The notes under the pieces: model-generated
Databases searched by the model: none
What the model was told of the DNA's origin: nothing
Seen by the model: the letters and a program-made list of their open reading frames with translations, nothing else
Position numbers and translations under genes: made by a program
In this document: positions 1 through 8,049 of the stretch, in pieces
Layout of the letters: every line of letters begins with the position of its first letter
How positions within the stretch are numbered: position 1 is the first letter of the stretch
DNA from: an uncultured Anaerolineaceae bacterium
GTDB lineage: Bacteria > Chloroflexota > Dehalococcoidia > Tepidiformales > Tepidiformaceae
DNA length: 43,176 nt
Direction of reading: 5' to 3'
Assembly: GCA_964475735.1 (NCBI GenBank)
Contig: CAYYYI010000003.1
Location: 10,923-54,098, forward strand

Positions 1-489
1 GTGTTCCTGCTGGCGGTAGGTGCACGCCTCCTCCTCTTCCACGACGCGGACCCGCTGCTTTCCGCGTCCGGGGCCACGGAGCATGCGCTGGGCGCGGCCA
101 TTGGCCTTGCGGGCGGGCTCTCCGCGGGGGCGCTGGGCGTCGGGGGCGGAGCGATCTTCGTGCCGGGCCTCGTGATTCTCCTTGGCGTCGGGCAGCACGA
201 TGCCCAGGCAGCCTCGCTCAACGTGATCGTGGTGACCGCCATGGTGGGCGGCTTCACCCACTACCGCCACGGCACGGCCGACCTGAAGGCGGCGGCCTGG
301 ATTACGCCCGCAGCCGTTCCGGCAGGCATCGCCGGGGCGATGATCGCGGACCGGCTCGACGGGGCGATGCTTCAGCGCATCTTCGCGCTCGTCCTTGTCG
401 GAGTGGGGACACAGATGCTGGTGACTGCGACCCGTGTCCTGCGGCGGCCACCCATCCTGCAGCCCGGATTGGCCGAGGCACGCCAATGA
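1..489 (+). CDS. TSUP/TauE-SafE family anion exporter membrane protein, 3' part (gene begins upstream of window)
   Basis: The frame is open from base 1. The product is all hydrophobic helices and carries the GVGGGAIFVPGL motif typical of TSUP repeats. The stop TGA at 487-489 overlaps the next ATG (ATGA). Confidence 0.7.
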   Translation: MFLLAVGARLLLFHDADPLLSASGATEHALGAAIGLAGGLSAGALGVGGGAIFVPGLVILLGVGQHDAQAASLNVIVVTAMVGGFTHYRHGTADLKAAAWITPAAVPAGIAGAMIADRLDGAMLQRIFALVLVGVGTQMLVTATRVLRRPPILQPGLAEARQ

Positions 490-1145
490 GCGGCCGCGAA
501 GCTACTGCGGCCGCACTCTACGCGCGCATTCGCGAGTGCGACCTTTGTCCGCTGGCGCGGACGCGCGCCCACGCCGTGCCCGGGGAAGGGCCGCTTGACT
601 CCGAGGTGATGTTCATCGGCGAGGCGCCGGGCATGAACGAAGACCGCCAGGGGCGCCCCTTCGTGGGGCAGGCGGGGCAGTTCCTGGAGGAATTGCTGGC
701 TGCCGCCGGGCTGCAGCGCAGCGGGGTCTACATCTGCAATGTGCTGAAGTGCCGCCCGCCCAACAACCGCGATCCGCTCCCCGGCGAGATTGAAGCGTGC
801 CGCGACTACCTCGACGAGCAGATAGCGCTGATTGACCCCTTGCTGATAGTCACCCTGGGGCGGTTTTCGATGGCGCGCTGGTTCCCAGGGCAGTCCATAT
901 CCCGCATTCATGGCAAGGTAGTGGAGAGAGATGGGAGGCTGGTGGCGCCCATGTACCACCCGGCCGCCGCGCTTCACCAGCAGGCGCTCCGCGCGACCAT
1001 CATCCATGACTTCGAATTGCTCCCCGCGGTGCTGGACCGCGCAAGGCAACACCCCGCCACAATGGCTACACAATCTGACGCGCCCGCGAGCGGGCAAACA
1101 ACGACACAGGAAGCCACCGCCGCACAGATGCGGCTGTTTGAATAG
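486..1145 (+). CDS. Uracil-DNA glycosylase, family 4
   Basis: It has an N-terminal CDLCPL cysteine pair, the GEAPG motif (FIGEAPGMNED), the RPFVGQAG segment, CNVLKCRPPNNRDP and the HPAAAL motif B. It is translationally coupled to the upstream gene. Confidence 0.9.
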   Translation: MSGREATAAALYARIRECDLCPLARTRAHAVPGEGPLDSEVMFIGEAPGMNEDRQGRPFVGQAGQFLEELLAAAGLQRSGVYICNVLKCRPPNNRDPLPGEIEACRDYLDEQIALIDPLLIVTLGRFSMARWFPGQSISRIHGKVVERDGRLVAPMYHPAAALHQQALRATIIHDFELLPAVLDRARQHPATMATQSDAPASGQTTTQEATAAQMRLFE

Positions 1146-1156
1146 AGGACCTGCTC

Positions 1157-2812
1157 ATGACTCGGACCCCTTTGCGGGTGATCCCGCTCGGCGGACTCGG
1201 CGAAATCGGCCGCAACATGATGCTGCTGGAATTCGGCGACGACATCATCGCCATCGATGTCGGACTTATGTTCCCCGAGGAGGAGATGCTCGGCGTCGAC
1301 CTCGTCATCCCGGACTTCACGTACCTGAGAGAAAACCCCGGCAAGCTGCGCGCAATCTTCCTCACGCACGGTCACGAAGACCACGTCGGTGCGCTTCCCT
1401 ACTTCATGCGCGAATTCAATGCGCCCATCTACAGCACCCGGCTCACGGACGGCCTGGTGAAGGTGAAGCTCAACGAGCACCGGCTTCTGCAGAACGCCGA
1501 ACTGAACGTCATCCAGCCGGGCGAGCTCATCCAGGCGGGCGTGTTCGAAGTTGAGTTCTTCACCGTCGCCCACTCCATCCCCGATGCCTGCGGCCTGATC
1601 ATCCGTACGCCGTTGGGGCTCGTGGTGCATACCGGCGACTTCAAGCTCGACCACACGCCGGTGATGGACCAGCACACCGACCTCATTCGCCTCGGGCAGG
1701 TAGGCGCAGAGGGGTGCCTGCTGCTGCTGGCCGACTCCACCTATGCGGAGATCGACGGCTACACACCGAGCGAGCAGCTCGTCGGCGAATCGCTCCGGAA
1801 CATCCTTGTCAACGCGCCCGGCCGGGTCATCGTGGCGACCTTCGCTTCGTTGATCTCGCGGGTGCAGCAGGTCATCGACGGGGCGGTGTTCACGGGCCGG
1901 AAGGTCTTTGTCACCGGCCGTTCTATGATCGACAACGTCGCCATGGCCCGGCAGCTTGGCTACCTCGATGCGCCTGATGGGGTGATCGTCGGCGTCGAAG
2001 AGATGCGCAACACACCACCATCGAAACTGGTGGTCATCACCACCGGCAGCCAGGGCGAGCCCACCAGCGCCCTCACGCGCATGGCCAACGGCGACCACCG
2101 CTACATCACCATCTCCGAAGGGGACACGGTCGTTCTTTCGGCCACGCCGATCCCGGGGAACGAGCAGGCAGTCTACCGCAACGTGGATAACCTTTTCCGG
2201 CTGGGAGCGGAAGTGCTCTACAACCGCATCTCCAACATCCATGTGCGGGGGCACGCCAGCCGCGAGGAGCTGAAGATCGTGCAGGGGCTGCTGCAGCCGG
2301 AGTACTTCGTGCCCATCCATGGGGAATACCGGCACCTGGTGGTGCACGCCCGCCTCGCAGAATCGGTCGGCGTCCCCAGAGGGAACGCATTCGTGATGAC
2401 CGACGGGGACGTGCTGGAGATCGACGAAGAGGCGGCCCAATTGGCGGGCCGCGTTTCGGCGAGCTACGTCTACGTCGACGGGTTGGGCATCGGCGACGTC
2501 GATCAGCACATCCTGCGCGACCGCGCTCATCTCTCGACGGACGGCGTGGTGGTCGTGATCGTCGCTGTGGACAAGCAAACCGGGCGCCTGACGCGCCCTG
2601 CCGAGCTGCTCTCGCGCGGGTTCGTGGACGTGGAGGAAGGCGGAGACGTCCTGGAACGAGGCAAGCAGATAGTGGCGCGCTCACTCGAAGGCGCGGCACA
2701 TTACGCCGAGTTCGGCGATATAAACGCCCGGATCAAAGACTCATTGAGCAAGTTCCTGTACGATGAGACTCGCCGCCGGCCGATGGTGCTGACGGTGACC
2801 GTGGAGGTCTAG
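1157..2812 (+). CDS. rnj: Ribonuclease J (beta-CASP metallo-beta-lactamase RNase)
   Basis: The N-terminus reads RVIPLGGLGEIGRNM, followed by HGHEDHVGALPY (HxHxDH). The length of 551 aa and the beta-CASP-type C-terminal region fit RNase J. Confidence 0.92.
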   Translation: MTRTPLRVIPLGGLGEIGRNMMLLEFGDDIIAIDVGLMFPEEEMLGVDLVIPDFTYLRENPGKLRAIFLTHGHEDHVGALPYFMREFNAPIYSTRLTDGLVKVKLNEHRLLQNAELNVIQPGELIQAGVFEVEFFTVAHSIPDACGLIIRTPLGLVVHTGDFKLDHTPVMDQHTDLIRLGQVGAEGCLLLLADSTYAEIDGYTPSEQLVGESLRNILVNAPGRVIVATFASLISRVQQVIDGAVFTGRKVFVTGRSMIDNVAMARQLGYLDAPDGVIVGVEEMRNTPPSKLVVITTGSQGEPTSALTRMANGDHRYITISEGDTVVLSATPIPGNEQAVYRNVDNLFRLGAEVLYNRISNIHVRGHASREELKIVQGLLQPEYFVPIHGEYRHLVVHARLAESVGVPRGNAFVMTDGDVLEIDEEAAQLAGRVSASYVYVDGLGIGDVDQHILRDRAHLSTDGVVVVIVAVDKQTGRLTRPAELLSRGFVDVEEGGDVLERGKQIVARSLEGAAHYAEFGDINARIKDSLSKFLYDETRRRPMVLTVTVEV

Positions 2813-2883
2813 TCGAGAGGCCACGGAACGTGCCGGCCCGGCAAGCGGGGTGATCGGGCCGCGGAAGCAAGGAGTGGTGCGCC

Positions 2884-5328
2884 ATGACGGCACACACACG
2901 GAGTCGCCCCCGCGCGTCCCGCTCGCCCCGGACACGGCGGCGTAAAGGCGGATGGAAATTTACCTCGTTCCTGCGCCCCGAGTTCATCGGGCTGGCCATC
3001 GCCGCGCTCACGCTGGCGGCTATCCCGTTCGTGGTCGACGTCGCCGCTATCGCCGCGGAGACGCGCGACTGGCTGATGCAGACGTTTGGGTTCGGGGTGT
3101 TCGTTCTCGCGGCCCTCTCTGTATTCGGCGGCCTGGCCATTTCGCGGCGCGCTTACGATGACCCGAAGCGGTTTGCCCGGCTTGGGGCAGGTTCGGTCTG
3201 TTTGGGTCTTTTCACGTGGGGAGCTCTTGGCTTGAACAGGGCGGAGTGGACGCTGGGTGGGGTGGACTTCCGCGAAGTCACCCTGGGCGGAGATATCGGC
3301 CGGTACATGGTTGCCGGGCTCCTGGGGAAGCTGGCGTGGCTCAGCACACTCGTTCTTGCCGCAGCACTGCTCGCGCCCGGCGCTACGCGCGCGTTCGCGC
3401 GGAACGCCCCGGGTTGGGTGGAACTGGTCTGGGAGCGCCGCTGGCCGCACCGCGCGGCCCACGGTATCGGGCGCTTCTTCGCCTTCGTCTTCAGGCGGCC
3501 CCGTAGCCGCGGTCGCGACGAAGCCGAACTGGTGATCGGCGGGACCCTGCGCGAGAGGCTTCAGCCGCGCCCCGTGCCCACGTTCGAAGAGAACCCGGTC
3601 CAGATTCGCCCCTCGATCGATCCCGGCGGCCCGATGTCGCCCATCGGCAGCGGGGCGGCCGCGCACTTCCGGCCGCAGACAGCCCCCGTCCCCCTGGAGG
3701 ACGAGGAGGATGACCCGGCTGCGGCAAGCGACACGGACGACGATAACCTGGCCGGCGAGCCCCAACAGCTCGCGCTGGGCATCGGCCAGCAGAGCGGATG
3801 GCACCTGCCGGCGCTCGAGCTGCTCAATGCGCCCCAGATCAGCACCAACCGCAAGCACGACAACGCCGCCCGGGCGCAGCTAATCGTTGACACCCTCGCC
3901 AGCTTCGGGGTCGACGCGACGGTAGTGGAGATAAACGAAGGTCCCACGGTCACCCAATTCGGCGTGGAGCCGGGCTGGGAGGTTCGCTTCAAGGACGTCC
4001 CGCTAAAGGACGAGACCGGGCGCGCGCTGCTCGGGCCCGACGGGCGGAACCGGACGGAGCGCGTGGAAGTGGGCCGGACTCGTGTGCGGGTCAACAAGAT
4101 CACTGCCCTGCAAAACGACCTGGCGCTCGCTCTCGCCGCCCCGAGCCTCCGCATCGAGGCGCCCGTCCCCGGCCGGGCGATAGTGGGCATCGAGGTGCCG
4201 AACGACAGCGCCACCGTCGTCACCCTGCGCAACGTGATGGAATCGAAGGAGTTCCGCGACCTTGCGAAGAAGACGAAGCTCGCCCTGGCGCTCGGAAAGG
4301 GTGTCTCGGGAGTGCCCATCGTTGCAGACCTGGCGAAGATGCCTCACCTGCTCATCGCGGGGGCCACGGGCAGCGGCAAGAGCGTCTGCATGAACTCGAT
4401 CATCGCGGGCATCATGATGGAGGCTTCGCCGGCCGACGTCCGTTTCGTGATGGTGGACCCGAAGCGAGTTGAGCTGACCGCATACAAGGGCATCCCACAC
4501 CTCGCCTTCAGCGAAGTGATCGTCGATGTCGACAAGGTGGTGGGGGCACTGCAGGCGGTCGTCTCCGAGATGGAGTCCCGCTACAAGAAGTTCGCCGCCG
4601 TAGCCGTGCGGAACATTGAGACGTACAACCGTCACCCGCGCGTGCTCAACAAGCTGCCCTACTGGGTCGTGATCATCGACGAACTGGCCGACCTGATGAT
4701 GGCGGCCCCGTTTGAGGTGGAGAAGCTGATCTGCCGGCTGGCCCAGCTCGCACGGGCGACGGGGATTCACCTTGTCGTCGCCACCCAGCGCCCTTCGGTC
4801 GATGTGGTAACGGGCCTGATCAAGGCGAACTTCCCCACGCGCATCGCGTTCGCGGTAACGTCGATGACCGATTCACGCACCATCCTCGACATGGGCGGCG
4901 CCGAGAAGCTTCTCGGACGCGGCGACATGCTCTACATGCCCACTGACGCCGCCAAGCCGATCCGGCTCCAGGGCGTCTATGTTTCCGATGCTGAGGTCGA
5001 ACGGATCGTGCAGTTTTGGACTGACGACCGCTTCCGCGGCCTTACTCCCGAGACGGCCGACAGCCTGCTCGAAGAGGCGCTTACGGAGCTCAACGGCGAT
5101 GGCGACTTCGCGGTGGACGAAGGCGACCCCATTGTCGAGCGGGCGAGGGGGCTTGCCCTGCAGCACCGGCACGTTTCGCCTTCGCTCTTCCAGCGCCGTC
5201 TGCGCGTTGGCTACGTGAAGGCGACGAAGCTGATCGACATCCTTGAGGAGGAGGGGATCGTCGGCCCGCGGGAGGAAGGCGAATCGCGCAAAGTTATCGC
5301 CTCAGCCGCGGAGGACGGCCTCTATTGA
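2884..5328 (+). CDS. ftsK: DNA translocase FtsK/SpoIIIE
   Basis: N-terminal TM helices are followed by an acidic/Pro-rich linker. The motor shows Walker A (GATGSGKS), VVIIDELADLMM and HLVVATQRPSVDV, and ends in a gamma winged-helix (FQRRLRVGYVKATKLIDILEEEGIVGP). An AAGGAG SD lies 10 nt upstream of the ATG. Confidence 0.93.
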   Translation: MTAHTRSRPRASRSPRTRRRKGGWKFTSFLRPEFIGLAIAALTLAAIPFVVDVAAIAAETRDWLMQTFGFGVFVLAALSVFGGLAISRRAYDDPKRFARLGAGSVCLGLFTWGALGLNRAEWTLGGVDFREVTLGGDIGRYMVAGLLGKLAWLSTLVLAAALLAPGATRAFARNAPGWVELVWERRWPHRAAHGIGRFFAFVFRRPRSRGRDEAELVIGGTLRERLQPRPVPTFEENPVQIRPSIDPGGPMSPIGSGAAAHFRPQTAPVPLEDEEDDPAAASDTDDDNLAGEPQQLALGIGQQSGWHLPALELLNAPQISTNRKHDNAARAQLIVDTLASFGVDATVVEINEGPTVTQFGVEPGWEVRFKDVPLKDETGRALLGPDGRNRTERVEVGRTRVRVNKITALQNDLALALAAPSLRIEAPVPGRAIVGIEVPNDSATVVTLRNVMESKEFRDLAKKTKLALALGKGVSGVPIVADLAKMPHLLIAGATGSGKSVCMNSIIAGIMMEASPADVRFVMVDPKRVELTAYKGIPHLAFSEVIVDVDKVVGALQAVVSEMESRYKKFAAVAVRNIETYNRHPRVLNKLPYWVVIIDELADLMMAAPFEVEKLICRLAQLARATGIHLVVATQRPSVDVVTGLIKANFPTRIAFAVTSMTDSRTILDMGGAEKLLGRGDMLYMPTDAAKPIRLQGVYVSDAEVERIVQFWTDDRFRGLTPETADSLLEEALTELNGDGDFAVDEGDPIVERARGLALQHRHVSPSLFQRRLRVGYVKATKLIDILEEEGIVGPREEGESRKVIASAAEDGLY

Positions 5329-5341
5329 TACACTACGAGCC

Positions 5342-7150
5342 GTGAAGACCATCCGAGACCTGCTGCGAAGAGCGGAGTCCGCTGAGGGGCCCGAGCTCCC
5401 CGCTGAGCACGAGCGTTGCCTCTCCTGCCAGGCCGACCTGGAGGGCTCCCGTTCGTACCAGCAGCTGCGCGTTTGCCATTCCTGCGGCTTCCACTTCCAC
5501 CTGAGCGCTCGCGAACGCCTGGCGACGCTGCTCGACGCGGGAAGCTTCCACGAGGACGACCGGGGCGTCACCGCCCTTGATCCGCTGTCGTTTCAGAGCA
5601 AGCAGTCGTACCGGTCCCGGGTCATCAGCGCCCAACGGCGGACGGGCCTTGCCGAAGCTGCCCTGACCGGCACTGGCGCAATCCTCGGGCGCGAAGTGGT
5701 GTTAGCCGTCCTCGACTTCTCGTTCCTCGGGGGCTCCATCGGCGTGGCCGCAGGGGAGCGCCTGGCGAGAGCATTCGAGAAGGCGGCGGACCGGCGGGCG
5801 CCCTTGATCTCCATCTGCTCCACATCCGGGACGCGGATGCAGGAAGGGCTGCTCGCGCTAATGCAGCTTCCGCGCGTGGTGGCTGCCGCCCGCAGGCACC
5901 ACCGGGCCGGGCTGGCGCACATCGCCGTGCTCACGGACCCCACGACAGGGTCCGCCTACACGGGGTTCGTGAACCTGGCCGACTTTGTCGTCGCCGAGCC
6001 GAATGCGCTGCTGGGATACGCCGCGATGCGCGTGCTCCAGGAGCATGCGGGGGCTGAGATGCCGGGCGATGCGCACACCAGTGAGTGGCACCTCAAGCAC
6101 GGCCTGGTCGATGCCGTGGTCGCGCGGCCGCAGCTCCGGGACTTCGTTGCGAGCGTGCTCGATCTGCTTCTCAACGACTACCACCTCAGCGCCTCGAAGC
6201 CGCAACGGGCGACACCGGCCTCGCACTCGGATCGGGTTGCCTGGCAGCAGGTGCAGCTCTCCCGGCACCGCCTGCGCCCCACAGCGATCGACCTCATCGG
6301 CCACATGACAACGAGCTTCATCGAGATCCGTGGCGACCGCGCCGGCGCCGACGACCCTGCGGTTGTGGCGGGTATCGGCTCGCTTGGCGGGGAGCCGGTG
6401 GTCGTGATCGGGCAGGTGCGCCCCCACGATGGTGACAAGAAGAGCGGCCTCATACGGGCCGCCGGTTTCCGGAAGGCGCGGCGAGCGATGAGCCTGGGCG
6501 GCAAGTTCGGGTTGCCGATCGTGACACTCATCGACACCGCCGGCGCCGACCCTAGCCTTGAAGGTGAGATGGAAGGCCTCGGTCAGGCGGTAGCGGAATG
6601 CATGGCGGCGATGCTCGAAGCGCCTTCGCCGACGATCGCTGTGATTATCGGCGAGGGAAACTCCGAAGGAGCGGTGGCCATGGCTGTGGCCGATCGCGTG
6701 CTCATGCTCGACAACGCCGTGTACGAGGTGATCAGGCCGGAGGACGCCGCCGCCATCCTCTTCCAGGAAGCTGATCGGGCGGGCGAAGCGGCCGAGCGCC
6801 TCAGGATCACCTCCCACGACTGCATGAGGCTCGGGATAGTCGATGCGACCGTGTCCGAGCCCGGCGAAGGCGCACACACAGACCACGCGGAGACTGCCCG
6901 GCTGTTGCGCAGGAGCATCCTGCGCAACCTGGTGCCCCTCCGGCGCCTTCGCACGAAGAAGCTCCTCGACAGGCGCTATTCCCGCTACCGCGAAATCGGA
7001 TCGACGCACTCGTGGATCCGCGGAACGCTGGAACGGCGCATGGCCCACTTCACCGATCGGTTTGCCGGGGCCGTCAGCCGGATCCGCAATCGCTCGTCGC
7101 TCGTGAGGCGCCGGACCGATTACGGGGAGGAGTCGGACATCCCGGTTTAG
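5342..7150 (+). CDS. accDA: Acetyl-CoA carboxylase carboxyltransferase, fused beta (AccD) - alpha (AccA) subunits
   Basis: The N-terminal half has an AccD-type Cys4 ribbon (CLSCQ...CHSCG) and the carboxyltransferase fold (FSFLGGSIG). The C-terminal half is AccA-like (RHRLRPTAIDLI...IRGDRAGADDPAVVAGIG...PVVVIGQ; TLIDTAGA). I placed the start at the in-frame GTG 5342 (VKTIRDLL), which aligns with AccD N-termini. The track's ATG at 5243 would overlap ftsK by 86 nt. Confidence 0.85.
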   Translation: MKTIRDLLRRAESAEGPELPAEHERCLSCQADLEGSRSYQQLRVCHSCGFHFHLSARERLATLLDAGSFHEDDRGVTALDPLSFQSKQSYRSRVISAQRRTGLAEAALTGTGAILGREVVLAVLDFSFLGGSIGVAAGERLARAFEKAADRRAPLISICSTSGTRMQEGLLALMQLPRVVAAARRHHRAGLAHIAVLTDPTTGSAYTGFVNLADFVVAEPNALLGYAAMRVLQEHAGAEMPGDAHTSEWHLKHGLVDAVVARPQLRDFVASVLDLLLNDYHLSASKPQRATPASHSDRVAWQQVQLSRHRLRPTAIDLIGHMTTSFIEIRGDRAGADDPAVVAGIGSLGGEPVVVIGQVRPHDGDKKSGLIRAAGFRKARRAMSLGGKFGLPIVTLIDTAGADPSLEGEMEGLGQAVAECMAAMLEAPSPTIAVIIGEGNSEGAVAMAVADRVLMLDNAVYEVIRPEDAAAILFQEADRAGEAAERLRITSHDCMRLGIVDATVSEPGEGAHTDHAETARLLRRSILRNLVPLRRLRTKKLLDRRYSRYREIGSTHSWIRGTLERRMAHFTDRFAGAVSRIRNRSSLVRRRTDYGEESDIPV

Positions 7151-7234
7151 CAGGCGCCGGCACAACCATGCGCCGGGCGCGGGCCTGGCTCAACTCAACG
7201 CCCGGAGGAGCACCTGGAGCCCATCGACCTGCTG

Positions 7235-8044
7235 TTGCTGCCGCTGGGCGCCGCCATCGGGGCCTTTGGCACCCTGGTGGGAGCCGGCGGCGGCTTCGTC
7301 CTCGTCCCCATCCTGCTCCTCGTCTACCCCGATGCCAGCGCAGAAGATGTGACCGCGACGTCGCTATTCGTGGTCTGCGCAAACGCGGCCTCGGGCACGC
7401 TTGCCTACGCCCGGCAGCGCCGCATTGACTACCGGAGCGGGGCGTGGTTCGCGATGGCCACACTTCCCGGGGCAGTCGCCGGGGCGATCGTCGTAGCTTA
7501 CATTCCGCGGCGGGCATTCGATGGAATCTTTGCCACCGTGCTCGTGGCGCTGGGCCTCTGGCTCACGCTACGCGCGGGCGCGACCGCGATCCGCTCGCCA
7601 GTCAGCGGGCGCGGCGTGGTCCGCAGAATGTTGCGCGACGCGCGCGGCAACACGTTTGTCTACTCATTTCAGCTCTGGAAGGGTGTTGTTCTGAGCACGC
7701 TGATTGGCTTTGTGAGCAGCCTGCTGGGCATTGGCGGCGGGGTCATCCACGTCCCCGTGATGGCGACGATCCTGCACTTCCCAATCCACGTTGCCACGGC
7801 CACGTCGCAATTCGTCCTGATGTTCATGGCGGCAGAAGGCAGCGGCGTGCACTTCCTCACCGGCGCCCTGGGCTGGAACGAATGGCTGGGGCACGGTCTG
7901 CTGCTTTCTGCCGGGGCTGTGCCGGGCGCACAGGCAGGGGCGTGGTTTGCCCAGAGGGTCCACCAGCGAATCATTGTCCGGGCGCTCTCGGCGGCACTTG
8001 TGCTGGTCGGAGCGCGCCTCGCGCTGAAGGCGATCTGGGGCTGA
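7235..8044 (+). CDS. TSUP/TauE-SafE family anion exporter membrane protein
   Basis: The 269-aa protein is polytopic with two GxGGG-containing repeats (GAGGGFVLVP and GIGGGVIHVP). TTG is the first available start after the in-frame accDA stop. Confidence 0.85.
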   Translation: MLPLGAAIGAFGTLVGAGGGFVLVPILLLVYPDASAEDVTATSLFVVCANAASGTLAYARQRRIDYRSGAWFAMATLPGAVAGAIVVAYIPRRAFDGIFATVLVALGLWLTLRAGATAIRSPVSGRGVVRRMLRDARGNTFVYSFQLWKGVVLSTLIGFVSSLLGIGGGVIHVPVMATILHFPIHVATATSQFVLMFMAAEGSGVHFLTGALGWNEWLGHGLLLSAGAVPGAQAGAWFAQRVHQRIIVRALSAALVLVGARLALKAIWG

Positions 8045-8049
8045 GCGGG

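Noticed and set aside
974-2578. 534-aa ORF antisense to RNase J. Similar long antisense ORFs occur at 5858-7165, 9274-10233, 14474-15847, 20790-21575, 23892-24719, 25999-27000, 28092-29006, 30054-30956, 31119-32120, 33446-34366, 35318-36451, 36066-37100 and 40311-41147.
   Set aside because: Each lies opposite a gene with clear family motifs. Their translations are Arg/Pro/Gly/Ala/His-rich with no recognisable domains. Such stop-free shadow frames are expected at this GC content.
5243-5341. ATG 5243 as the accDA start (a 33-codon extension overlapping ftsK by 86 nt).
   Set aside because: The extension is Arg/Ser-rich junk. GTG 5342 gives an N-terminus that aligns with AccD (about 24 residues before the first Zn-ribbon Cys) and removes the long overlap.
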